A DNA stretch of 64,000 nt from Candidatus Poribacteria bacterium (GTDB lineage: Bacteria > Poribacteria > WGA-4E > PCPOR2b), in contig JAJDUM010000055.1 in assembly GCA_022826645.1 (NCBI GenBank), positions 399-64,398 of the forward strand, in the 5' to 3' direction. The notes below the pieces were generated by a model, which was given only the letters and a program-made list of their open reading frames with translations, had not been told where the DNA came from and ran no database searches. Shown piece by piece: positions 54,733 through 64,000 of this stretch. The translations under genes and the position numbers were made by a program. Within the stretch, counting starts at the first letter, position 1, and every line of letters starts with the position of its first letter.

Positions 54733-55308
54733 ATGAACACAGACAAAGAAAATATATCCAAAGGTATCGCCGCTTTGGAATCGGGTCCGCCGCTTCCGGT
54801 CTCAGTTGATGGCAATGACTTCACGCCGAGATATTTGAACCCAGAGGAGATACGTCTATTCCGGTCGCCGATGGGTGCTCCCCGTTTGGAGATTCTGGAG
54901 GAGGTCTGCTACACTCGTGTGACAGTGCGCCGAATCCTTCCGTTGAGTGATCCAAATCGCTACATCTCACTTGGAGTTGGGGAGGAGATGGAAATCGGTA
55001 TCATTGAGGACCCAGCGCGACTCGACTCCGAAAGCCTCAAAATCCTTCGTGAGGAGCTCGATAAACGGTATTTTACGCCCATCATTCAGAAAGTTATCCG
55101 CGTCAAGGAGCGGTTTGGTATCCATGACTGGGAGGTCGAAACGTCGCGTGGTCGGATAACTTTCTCTGTGCAGGGGCTTCATCAGAACGTCAGACAGTTT
55201 CCACCTGCCCGGCTGCTCGTGACAGACGTGCGTGGGAATCGGTACGATATTCCCGACTATCACAGGCTCGATTTGCACAGCTTTAATCAGATTCAGCGGC
55301 ATCTGTAG
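54733..55308 (+). CDS. DUF1854 domain protein
   Basis: Starts 2 nt after the ABC stop. RILPLSDPNRYISL...EIGIIEDPARLDSESLKILREELDKRYFTPIIQKVIRV...WEVETSRGRITF...LLVTDVRGNRYDIPDYHRLD matches my recollection of the DUF1854 pattern. Confidence 0.65.
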   Translation: MNTDKENISKGIAALESGPPLPVSVDGNDFTPRYLNPEEIRLFRSPMGAPRLEILEEVCYTRVTVRRILPLSDPNRYISLGVGEEMEIGIIEDPARLDSESLKILREELDKRYFTPIIQKVIRVKERFGIHDWEVETSRGRITFSVQGLHQNVRQFPPARLLVTDVRGNRYDIPDYHRLDLHSFNQIQRHL

Positions 55309-55448
55309 GTTGGCACGACTGCTATCAGCAAATTCCAAGGTTCCGACCGCCAAAAAGTTAGTCGGTTGCTTGCCTACCTTCGATGCAATGCGAACGCTCA
55401 GGCAAAACGCCTTATCTGAAAGTTAGAACTCATCACGGGAGACAAACT

Positions 55449-57680
55449 ATGATTGATCGTTTACCATTATGTGGAATTACTCGAAACAGAAAACTGTTTC
55501 TCTGTCTGGTTATTTGTTGTTTGTTATTTCCCTCAATCGTGGATGCAAGTCCGGACTCTACAGATTACAAAGCCGAGGCGTATCGAACTTTTCAAGCCAT
55601 TGAGGTTGACGGCGATCTTACAGAACCGGATTGGCAAAACGCGAAGCGCCTCCGTCAGTTTGTCCAAATGGAACCGGACACCGGTCAGTCGATGACAGAG
55701 ACAACGGAGGTCCGCATCCTTTATGATGAGAAAAATATCTATTTCGGTTTCACCTGCTTTGATTCGGATATTTCTAAGATTACTGCCAAAGAGATGCGCC
55801 GTGACGGCAATCTGTGGGATAATGACAACGTTTTTGTGCTTTTGGATACTTATGACGATCAGCGAAGCGGGTTCTTCTTCCGCGTCAATCCGTTGGGAGC
55901 AATGGAAGATGTTGCTATAATGGATGCTGGGGACAGCCGGAACGAGAACTGGGATGCGGTCTGGGACTGTCGTACACAAACCAACGAGAAATACTGGACA
56001 GCAGAAATTGGTATTCCCTTCAGCCAACTCCGTTTCAATCGGAGTGATACGATGACCTGGGGACTCAATGTAGGACGAAGTCTCATGCGAAACCAGGAGG
56101 AAGGGCTATGGGCACCAGTCTCCAGAGCGCACGGGTGGCGAGCCAGATATCGCACCGCGAACATTGGTCGTTTGATAGGGTTGAAAGGACTTGCCCCGTC
56201 CCGTAATTTGGAGCTACTGCCTTACGTTTTGCCGGGAGTGAGCCGAATTGAGGCAGATGATGATACGAGCGGAAAGTTTGAGTTCGGGCTTGATGCCAAG
56301 TATGGACTTACCTCAAATCTGACCGCCGATATGACTTTCAACACCGATTTTGCACAGGTCGAAGCCGATGAAGAGCAGGTCAATTTAACCCGCTTCAGTC
56401 TATTTTTCCCAGAGAAACGTCCTTTCTTCTTAGAGGGGGCTGGGCTGTTTGATTTCGGTATCCCGCGCACCAGTTTCCGGCGGCCACCTCCATTACTTCT
56501 CTTTTACAGTCGTCGTATCGGTCTTGCGGAAGGACATGCTGTCCCAATTATCACCGGTGGAAAGATTACCGGTAAGGTGGGACCTTACGGTATTGGTCTA
56601 TTGAATGTTTTTACGGACCAATTTCACACCGATGCTTCTGTGACTGATCCGGATGACATTGTTGATGAACCACGCACAAACTACTCAGTGTTACGCATGA
56701 GACGGGATTTCTTCAGTGGTTCCACTGTTGGACTGATTGCAGTCAATAAACAGAATGCTGATGCCTACAACCGTGCGGGCGGATTTGACATTGCGTACCG
56801 TCCCGCTGACAATATCAACCTACGTGGCCTCTGGGCGCGCACGTTTGAAGATGGTGTAGGAGATCAAAGGGATGCCATGTACTTTGGGGGCGATTGGCGG
56901 AATGAGAACGTGCGTCTTGTAGGGTCATACATAGATATCGGCGAGAACTTCCAGCCCGAAGTTGGATTTGTCCGGCGGCAAGATGTCCGTCGCCTCCGGG
57001 GCGAAGTGCGCCTTACGCCGATGCTTAGTAAATTTGGGATTCGTCAAATCTGGGCGGGACCGGAATTTGACTTAGTCCTCAATCGGGATAATGAACTGAC
57101 GACCCGAGAGTTTACATACGTGAACTGGTTTGAACTGGAGGGCGGCGGGTGGTTTGGTTTTCAGGCACAACGAACCTTTGAACGGCTCGACGAGGATTTC
57201 GAAATTCGAGACGATATCACGATTCCGATTGACGAGTATCAGTTTAATTCCTATCGGGCTTCGATCAACACCGATGATACAAAGACGTTTTCCCTCGAAT
57301 TAGGTACTAATTTTGGCGGTTTCTTCGATGGACAAAGGGTCGGTTTTGATATCGGACCCGACTTCAAACCAAATGGTCACTTCAGCCTTGAACCGCGTTT
57401 CCAATTTAATCGGATCACCCTTCCAGCAGGTTCATTCAATGCGAGCATTTTTGGTGCCCGTATGAGCTATTCTTTTTCCACCAGATTCTTTACTAAACTG
57501 TTTGCCCAATGGAACAGCGATAGCCATGTGATTTCCACCAACTTTCTGCTCAACTATATCTACCGTCCCGGCAGCGATTTCTACCTTGTTTTCAACCAAA
57601 TCTATGATGCTAGTGGCTCCAGTACTAAGCTGGAGGAATCCACCTTTGTCGGAAAAATGACTTATTGGTGGAATCCCTAA
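55449..57680 (+). CDS. CBM9-like / DUF5916 protein (paralog 4)
   Basis: Same motif set as the other paralogs; signal-like N-terminus MIDRLPLCG...LLFPSIVDA. The ORF track start 55383 is an alternative. Confidence 0.8.
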   Translation: MIDRLPLCGITRNRKLFLCLVICCLLFPSIVDASPDSTDYKAEAYRTFQAIEVDGDLTEPDWQNAKRLRQFVQMEPDTGQSMTETTEVRILYDEKNIYFGFTCFDSDISKITAKEMRRDGNLWDNDNVFVLLDTYDDQRSGFFFRVNPLGAMEDVAIMDAGDSRNENWDAVWDCRTQTNEKYWTAEIGIPFSQLRFNRSDTMTWGLNVGRSLMRNQEEGLWAPVSRAHGWRARYRTANIGRLIGLKGLAPSRNLELLPYVLPGVSRIEADDDTSGKFEFGLDAKYGLTSNLTADMTFNTDFAQVEADEEQVNLTRFSLFFPEKRPFFLEGAGLFDFGIPRTSFRRPPPLLLFYSRRIGLAEGHAVPIITGGKITGKVGPYGIGLLNVFTDQFHTDASVTDPDDIVDEPRTNYSVLRMRRDFFSGSTVGLIAVNKQNADAYNRAGGFDIAYRPADNINLRGLWARTFEDGVGDQRDAMYFGGDWRNENVRLVGSYIDIGENFQPEVGFVRRQDVRRLRGEVRLTPMLSKFGIRQIWAGPEFDLVLNRDNELTTREFTYVNWFELEGGGWFGFQAQRTFERLDEDFEIRDDITIPIDEYQFNSYRASINTDDTKTFSLELGTNFGGFFDGQRVGFDIGPDFKPNGHFSLEPRFQFNRITLPAGSFNASIFGARMSYSFSTRFFTKLFAQWNSDSHVISTNFLLNYIYRPGSDFYLVFNQIYDASGSSTKLEESTFVGKMTYWWNP

Positions 57681-57852
57681 CATGAAGCTTGATATTTGGT
57701 AGATTCTCACGCTCAAACCAGCTACCCTCCTTTCCAACCCGCAAATTCCTGACACCTCCCCAGCGTGTTTTCGTGGTTGACAATTTATGTTGGCATAAAT
57801 TATGCTTGCATTAAAAGATGTATTTGTACTCTTGACATTTTCGAGGGATACC

Positions 57853-60174
57853 ATGAAGCGCTTGGTTTTATCGTTTGCAATCTTTTTTCTTATTCTGTTA
57901 TGCGTAAATAGTTACGCGGAGTTCCCTCACCAATTTCTGTTAGGGCACACTGGACGTGTGCTCGCAGTTGGGTATAGCCTTGATGGGAAGTGGCTTGCTT
58001 CTGGTGGCGCGAATGAAATTCGCATCTGGGAGGCCAATGTCAATGAACCTATGTACACCCTGACGGGACATAGGGGAAAAGTTGAAGATCTTGCGTTCCG
58101 CCCTAATGGTGACCTCGTATCTGCCTCTATTGATGGAACGATTAGATTGTGGGAGGTTCGGACACAGCGGGAAATTCGTGCGTTTGAAGGACATCTTGGA
58201 CAGGTCACATCTGTAGATTTTAATTCCAACGGAAACCGCATCATTTCCGGATCAAGGGATCGAACGCTCAAGCTGTGGGAAGCAAATACCGGTAAGCTTC
58301 TGGCGACGCTTGAAGGGCATACAGACGTTGTTTGGTCTGTTGCATTCAGTCCTGATGGCAGTATGATCGCCTCCGGATCCGAGGATGGCACGGTGCGTGT
58401 CTGGAATGCATCGGATGGTTCACCGCTCCACGAATTGATTGGGCATGCGCAAGGGGTTCTTTCTGTGGCATTCCATCCCGATGGCAACCTCATCGCGTCA
58501 GGCGGTAGAGATGGAACCGTCCAACTCTGGGACCTCAATTCGGCGGAGCCCGAAGGCACTATCGGGGAGACGGAACCGTTTGCAACCTATGACCGGCAAG
58601 TGATGTCAGTTAGTTTTAATCCAAATGGGCGCCTCCTCGCTGTTGGACTACTTAATTCGCTGGTTGATAACACTCTTAAACTGTGGGATGTCTTGACCCG
58701 CTCAGAACTCCAGTCTTTCGATACACAGCTCATACACGATCTATCGTTCAGTCCAACGCGTCCCCAACTCGCAGTCGCGGGGGCAGCCGAAGGAACAATC
58801 ACTATTTGGAGTTCAAGTCATGTAAGACCGGCGCTCCTTGCGCCGCAAGCTGGCGAGTCTGTCAGACCCTCGCAGATCAACTTAAAGTGGGAAACCGTTG
58901 AGAATGCAGTCTATTATGATATCGAAATTTCAAGCACTTCAAACTTTATCGCAGAGAACACACAGTTAATAACTGTTACTGCGGATGAGCTATCCTTTGA
59001 GCCTGAGAACAATATCTCCCATTATTGGTGGCGTGTTCGTGCTGGCAGCTTCGATGGAGTCAGTAACTGGTCGGCGGTCCGGGATTTTCGAGCCCTGGGG
59101 TGCGTGGTCAGGATAGCATCGTCCGTTCGACGGATCAATTTAGGAGAGGAATTTGCCATAGATATTTTCGTTGATTCTGTTATTGACTTGCAAGGATTTA
59201 GCTTCGATTTGCGGTGGACTAATCCTGACGTGCTTACATTTGTAACTGTCACCAGGTTCCGAGATATCTTTGGCGAATCTGGGCTTGGACACCAGCCGAC
59301 GTCGCCGCCCGACCAAATAAATGGGATATACAAGAACATCAGCGCCGCTAAGACCGGGACTAGCGGAATAACTGGTAGTGGTATCGTGTTAGGTGCCTCA
59401 TTTCGGGCAAAAGCTGCTGGAATGAGCACAATTCAGTTGCAGAATCTTATTCTTGTTAATTCAAATCAAGAACAGATCGACTGTGAAATCCACGAGTTGA
59501 AAGTGCTGGTCGAAGAACTTGGCCGACCTTGGGATGTCAACGTTGATGGGATTGTGAATATTTTCGATCTTAGTACTGTTGTGCGATACTTAGGGCAGCC
59601 AGTTCCGACAGATTTGGATGTCTATCCGGATGTCAACGGTGACGGTGTTGTTGATTTTAATGACACCGTGCTGGTGGGTGCACATTTTGGAGAATCTTAT
59701 CAGGTTGATGAAGCCCCTGCTGCACCGCAAGCCGCTGTTGAATCTCTGCACTTAATCTCACCAACCTTGCGCAAGCAGCTTGAATCGATTTACCACGAAC
59801 TCCTGTTGTTACCTGAAAATTCCCCAGAGCTTATTCGTACCAGACAGGTTTTACAACAGCTCCTCTTTTCATCAATTCCGACATATAATCAGCTGCTTCA
59901 AAACTATCCTAACCCGTTCAACCCGGAGACGTGGATCCCCTTCCACCTTGCTTCAGCCGGTCAGGTTAGTATCGAAATTTATGATGCTACTGGGATGCTT
60001 ATCCGTCAGATTGACTTGGGATACCTGATACCCGGTCGCTATCTGAATCGGACAAACGCAGCGTACTGGGATGGGAAGAATCTATATGGCGAGCCTGTCG
60101 CCAGCGGCATATATTTCTACACGCTCTCCACTCCCTCCTTCCGTGCAACCCGGAAAATGATTATCAGCAAATAG
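57853..60174 (+). CDS. Secreted WD40-repeat protein with FN3-like, cohesin-like and dockerin-like modules and a FlgD-Ig/T9SS-type C-terminal domain
   Basis: Signal peptide MKRLVLSFAIFFLILLCVNSYA; about 7 WD40 units (GHxxxVxSVAFSPDG...LWD); cohesin-like FAIDIFVDSVIDLQGFSFDLRW; dockerin repeats DVNVDGIVNIFDL and DVNGDGVVDFNDT; C-terminus NYPNPFNPETWIPF... Confidence 0.8.
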   Translation: MKRLVLSFAIFFLILLCVNSYAEFPHQFLLGHTGRVLAVGYSLDGKWLASGGANEIRIWEANVNEPMYTLTGHRGKVEDLAFRPNGDLVSASIDGTIRLWEVRTQREIRAFEGHLGQVTSVDFNSNGNRIISGSRDRTLKLWEANTGKLLATLEGHTDVVWSVAFSPDGSMIASGSEDGTVRVWNASDGSPLHELIGHAQGVLSVAFHPDGNLIASGGRDGTVQLWDLNSAEPEGTIGETEPFATYDRQVMSVSFNPNGRLLAVGLLNSLVDNTLKLWDVLTRSELQSFDTQLIHDLSFSPTRPQLAVAGAAEGTITIWSSSHVRPALLAPQAGESVRPSQINLKWETVENAVYYDIEISSTSNFIAENTQLITVTADELSFEPENNISHYWWRVRAGSFDGVSNWSAVRDFRALGCVVRIASSVRRINLGEEFAIDIFVDSVIDLQGFSFDLRWTNPDVLTFVTVTRFRDIFGESGLGHQPTSPPDQINGIYKNISAAKTGTSGITGSGIVLGASFRAKAAGMSTIQLQNLILVNSNQEQIDCEIHELKVLVEELGRPWDVNVDGIVNIFDLSTVVRYLGQPVPTDLDVYPDVNGDGVVDFNDTVLVGAHFGESYQVDEAPAAPQAAVESLHLISPTLRKQLESIYHELLLLPENSPELIRTRQVLQQLLFSSIPTYNQLLQNYPNPFNPETWIPFHLASAGQVSIEIYDATGMLIRQIDLGYLIPGRYLNRTNAAYWDGKNLYGEPVASGIYFYTLSTPSFRATRKMIISK

Positions 60175-60192
60175 GAGGGGCATACCATTTCA

Positions 60193-60572
60193 ATGCAAAA
60201 TAAGTCTCACTCTCTATTGCTTGCAGAGCAATATCTCGGTGAGGAGGTGTCAATTATCATTGACAGACCTCTCGGCAGCACCCTAAACACGGTTTTCTCT
60301 ACGAGGTCAATTACGGCTATGTTCCCGGAACACAATCCGCTGACGGTGAGGAATTAGGCGCGTATTACTTAGGCGTCAGTCTACCTCTACACACCGCACA
60401 GGGCAAATGTATTGCCATTATCCACCGACTAAACGACGACGATGGCAAGCTAGTTATAGGTCCCGGAACCCAGATAAATCTAAGTGACGATGAAATCGCC
60501 AAGGCTGTCAACTTCCAGGAACAATGGTTCGATAGTGAAATTCTTCGGACACGCACTTTAAACTGCTGTTGA
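60193..60572 (+). pseudogene. Small inorganic-pyrophosphatase-like gene carrying a 1-nt frameshift
   Basis: Frame 1 reads MQNKSHSLLLAEQYLGEEVSIIIDRPLGS, then becomes nonsense and stops at 60355. Shifting the frame by -1 at about 60279 reads HPKHGFLYEVNYGYVPGTQSADGEELGAYYLGVS...CIAIIHRLNDDDGKLV...NFQEQWF..* up to 60572. Confidence 0.6.
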
Positions 60573-60628
60573 CTAAGACAACAAATGCTAACAACGCGAT
60601 CAGCGTTTTTAGTTTGGACATATAGACA

Positions 60629-63600
60629 ATGAGCGCATTTCTATATTTCTCCCGATCTTCTCATCTACACATCCCCATATCTTCCAAATATATTTTTCGC
60701 TTTCCATTTTACCTTTCACTTTTTGTCTTCTGTCTTACGTTTTTCCTTTTAACGCCTGATATTACACTTGCCCAGCAAAATTTCCAGTGGCGAAATTTCA
60801 CACGGATTGGTGATAATCTCAGCAGCAACAATATTAGAACTATCACCGAGGATCGATTTGGGCAAATCTGGTTGGGGACAGACAAGGGATTAAATCGTTT
60901 AGACGGGTTCTGGCGCGAAGCCGGTAGGTCGAATGGGGGTCCGCAAGAGACTGAGATTTTCAAGGTTCTTGAAGACACCGCGGGTTTCATCTGGGTTGCT
61001 GCAGATACAGGAGTGTATCGAGGGGTATGGGAGGGTTCGCGAGGGCAGATTGATTGGTTGCAGCATTATACCCAAGGAGCGGGACTGGTCGATATCGGTG
61101 CGCGTGTTGTGACGATAATTCAAGACCAAAATGGAGGGATCTGGATCGGGACACCGCTTGGAGTCAACCGATTTGATGGCACAGTTTGGCATACTGTGGA
61201 CGGCGCAGAAATTGGACAACTCAATCAAGGAGTACAGACTATCTATGAGGATAGGACTGGGGTTCTCTGGTTTGGGCTTTCACAGAACAATCGCCGCCAA
61301 AGTGGCAATCTTATCAGTCGTTTCGATGGTGTAGGTTGGGAAATTTTTAGCGTAAACGACGGTTTGCCGAACGGCGATGTTCAGGCGATTTTAGAGGATA
61401 GGTTCGGCAATCTTTGGGTCGGTACAACAGCTGGCGTGGCAATTTACGACGGTTCAGTTTGGCATGTTGTAACGACGCAGGATAGACTTCTGGTTGGGAA
61501 CAATGTGCAGTCCATGATGAGTGATGGGGAGGAGATGATCTGGGTTGGGACTACGGCTGGTATCAGTCAATTTCGTCTCCCTGCACAACTCTCAGCTACA
61601 ACACTGCGCGACGTAGGACGCTGGCGTCATCTAACAAGAGCAAATGGCTTGGCAAGCAACAATATTCAAGCCCTGTTTGAAACACAGGACGGTGAGATCT
61701 GGATTGGAACACGCGATAATGGAGTCAATTTTTCAGATCGATCATGGAAGTCGATTACGACAGATAACGGCCTGAGTCACAATAGTGTGACAGCAATGCT
61801 GAAAGACCGACAGGATAGGCTCTGGGTCGGAACGCGCGATGGATTGAGCCTCTATACTCGGAATGGGGTTAAATTGATTAGCGGGGTTCCAGGAAACGAG
61901 ATTCGTGGGTTAGCCGAGGATCTTCAGGAGCGAATCTGGGTTGGGACGAACGCTGGTATTGGTATTTTTGATGGATCCTCATGGGAAATTTTCCGGATTC
62001 CAGATATTAACGTCAATAGCGTTCAATCCATTGTTGTTGATTCGTCTGGCGATGTTTGGGCTGGAACGGGATTTTTACCCACAGATGATCTCCCCGGTTT
62101 AGACCGTTACGACGGACGACAGTGGGAAAGAAATCAGTTTCTGGAGATTGGTCGGACAATCGTGGCAATGTTTGTAGACTCGCTGGGGCGGGTCTACTTC
62201 GGCACTGTTGGCAACGAAGAACGGGGCAGCGATCTGTGGGTTTACGACGGATTGAATTTAAAACCAATCTATAGCCTGCCTGAACCATTCTCTATTCACA
62301 CGATTTTAGAAGTGCCCAGCGGCGAGATCTGGGCGGGGACAGATACCGGTATTCAGATTTTTGACAGAGTGACGTTGAGACACATTGTTTCCCTGACAAC
62401 TGCCGATGGATTGGCGGATAATCGTGTGCAGGCACTTTACCGTGATGAAGATAACCGAATTTGGATTGGAACCGCTGACGGCGTGAGCTTATTCCAAAGC
62501 GACCGATTTGAACGAACACTGACAGCAAGTGATGGGCTTAACAGTAACAACATCTCCGCAATTGTCAAAGTGAACGATGTGCTCTGGTTTGGTAGTGAGG
62601 ACAGTGGTGGGCTAAGCGTCTTTAGTCCAGAGAGGACTCCGCCTCGTACACAGATTAACGACGGTCCGAAAAACGGCGAAATTGTTGGAGAGACAAGTTT
62701 TGTCTTTAAGTTTGAAGGAGGTGATGCCAGCACGCCAACTGGGGACCTTCGTTATCTTTACCAACTTGACGATGGACCGCTAATCCCCACTGATAATGGA
62801 GGCAGAGATAGACGTGCAGTATTATCAAGACTCACAGAGGGACCGCATCGTTTTGCGGTTTATGCCATTGATAGGGAAGGCAACCGGGATTTGACAGGGG
62901 CAAGCAGGGAATTTGTGGTTGATTCCCTCGCTCCGATTGTGAGCATTACCGCACCAAAAGAGAACGCTGTGATTGGTGATGTTTATGAAATCAAAGGCAC
63001 TGCGAAGGATGAAACGGATTTTCTGGATTACCAGATCCGGATTTTTCCCGGTGATTCTACGTCAGGTGAATCCCTGCCTCCTTTTATTTCAACAGTGCCT
63101 GTCGAAGACGACACACTTTATCGTTGGGATACGCGAACGGTCGCCGCCGGTTTATACACGATTGAGTTGGTGGCGAGAGATACTCCGAATGGTGATTACG
63201 ATAGGGAACATTTTGCCGATATATCGGTCACGGTTGAGGTTGATAGGCTTCGTCCGCAGGTTGAAATCCTTTCTCCCGCTGAGAACGAACAAGTGTCACA
63301 GAGCATTGAGATTCGCGGCACCGCAAATGATCGAAATTTCAAGGAATATGTTATTGAATACGGTTCCGGAGACTCGCCTGATACTTGGTTGCCTATATCG
63401 AAACCGCCAGCGTTTCCAAGTCCTGTCACCGATGATATATTGGCATTATGGGAGGTGCCAAGTTTATCGGGTCGATACACTTTGCGACTTATTGTGGCAG
63501 ATACAGCGGGGCATAGAGAAGTTGATCAGGTGCATATATTTTTCAACCCGACTGTAAATCATGAAACTGGTGGTATGGTGGAAAGCCATGACAATCGCGC

Positions 63601-64000
63601 CAGAATCACGTTTCCGCCCAACAGCTTGCCACGGACAACCGTTGTGACAGTGAATCCGGTAGTAACGGAGTCAACGCCCTCGGTTTCCTCTATTCCGATC
63701 CAGGCTTACGAGTTTGCACCTGAAAATCTGCGGTTACACCGGTTGAAACCGGCGGTCATTGAATTGTCTATCGAGAGTACAGCAGGATTTTCGCGCTCTA
63801 CACCAAAAGAAATCCTGACGGTTGCTCACTGGGATGGCAAAACATGGCTTCCTATTGGGGGGACAATTGATGCACGGCGCGGAACCATCTCAACAGTGGT
63901 TTCGGGACTCGGACGGTATGCCATCATAACAAGACCTGCTGCAGAGACGGAAGAGACCACAGTTATCTCCGATCTAACATGCCAGCCGCGCGTATTCTCG
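60629..64000 (+). CDS. Two-component-regulator-propeller (Reg_prop) repeat protein with Y_Y_Y-like and Ig-like modules; 3' end outside the window
   Basis: Open frame from ATG 60629 to the window end (1124 codons, no stop), so it is missing from the ORF track. Signal-like N-terminus; repeated NNIRTITEDRFGQIWLGTDKGLNRLDG-type units; LRYLYQLDDG (Y_Y_Y-like). Confidence 0.8.
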   Translation, partial: MSAFLYFSRSSHLHIPISSKYIFRFPFYLSLFVFCLTFFLLTPDITLAQQNFQWRNFTRIGDNLSSNNIRTITEDRFGQIWLGTDKGLNRLDGFWREAGRSNGGPQETEIFKVLEDTAGFIWVAADTGVYRGVWEGSRGQIDWLQHYTQGAGLVDIGARVVTIIQDQNGGIWIGTPLGVNRFDGTVWHTVDGAEIGQLNQGVQTIYEDRTGVLWFGLSQNNRRQSGNLISRFDGVGWEIFSVNDGLPNGDVQAILEDRFGNLWVGTTAGVAIYDGSVWHVVTTQDRLLVGNNVQSMMSDGEEMIWVGTTAGISQFRLPAQLSATTLRDVGRWRHLTRANGLASNNIQALFETQDGEIWIGTRDNGVNFSDRSWKSITTDNGLSHNSVTAMLKDRQDRLWVGTRDGLSLYTRNGVKLISGVPGNEIRGLAEDLQERIWVGTNAGIGIFDGSSWEIFRIPDINVNSVQSIVVDSSGDVWAGTGFLPTDDLPGLDRYDGRQWERNQFLEIGRTIVAMFVDSLGRVYFGTVGNEERGSDLWVYDGLNLKPIYSLPEPFSIHTILEVPSGEIWAGTDTGIQIFDRVTLRHIVSLTTADGLADNRVQALYRDEDNRIWIGTADGVSLFQSDRFERTLTASDGLNSNNISAIVKVNDVLWFGSEDSGGLSVFSPERTPPRTQINDGPKNGEIVGETSFVFKFEGGDASTPTGDLRYLYQLDDGPLIPTDNGGRDRRAVLSRLTEGPHRFAVYAIDREGNRDLTGASREFVVDSLAPIVSITAPKENAVIGDVYEIKGTAKDETDFLDYQIRIFPGDSTSGESLPPFISTVPVEDDTLYRWDTRTVAAGLYTIELVARDTPNGDYDREHFADISVTVEVDRLRPQVEILSPAENEQVSQSIEIRGTANDRNFKEYVIEYGSGDSPDTWLPISKPPAFPSPVTDDILALWEVPSLSGRYTLRLIVADTAGHREVDQVHIFFNPTVNHETGGMVESHDNRARITFPPNSLPRTTVVTVNPVVTESTPSVSSIPIQAYEFAPENLRLHRLKPAVIELSIESTAGFSRSTPKEILTVAHWDGKTWLPIGGTIDARRGTISTVVSGLGRYAIITRPAAETEETTVISDLTCQPRVFS

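Noticed and set aside
60270-60290. Programmed -1 ribosomal frameshift in the pyrophosphatase-like gene
   Set aside because: There is no X XXY YYZ slippery site and no obvious downstream stimulatory structure. A mutation or an assembly error is more likely.

Overview
This is a bacterial chromosomal window, mostly coded on the + strand. The gene content suggests an uncultivated lineage (PhyH dioxygenases, MlrC/M81 peptidase, Gfo/Idh/MocA, CBM9/DUF5916 proteins, FlgD-Ig/T9SS-like C-terminal tails), but no taxonomic call is possible from the sequence alone. The housekeeping backbone is purN, murA, hisD, htpG, leuB, pdxH, rnpA-yidD-yidC-jag-mnmE and argH. Three regions stand out. (1) 1.8-9.8 kb looks like a decaying accessory or defence-type island. 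It holds an intact 1201-aa Type IIG (Eco57I/COG1002-like) restriction-modification fusion and an intact TIR-TPR protein. These are followed by toxin-antitoxin-like relics invaded by MITEs, including a 137-bp MITE with an 8-bp target-site duplication that splits a small gene. The island ends in an ~890-bp coding desert of nested palindromic elements and phased 10-bp repeats. (2) At 32084-32983 a secreted thioredoxin-fold plus TPR gene carries an in-frame TGA exactly where the first Cys of the WCGWC redox motif belongs, and a hairpin follows the TGA. This is a candidate selenoprotein that the ORF track splits into two ORFs. (3) 43-57.7 kb is an envelope cluster with four paralogous ~750-aa CBM9/DUF5916 proteins. 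A BNR propeller, an ABC exporter with a PH-like and zinc-ribbon N-extension, and a DUF1854 partner sit between the third and fourth paralogs. Downstream lie a WD40-cohesin-dockerin protein, a frameshifted pyrophosphatase-like pseudogene and a partial Reg_prop/YYY protein that runs off the window. Intergenic spaces carry at least three families of short palindromic or MITE-like repeats built from shared hairpin modules. I found no rRNA, tRNA or CRISPR array. All family assignments come from motif recognition by eye, not from searches.
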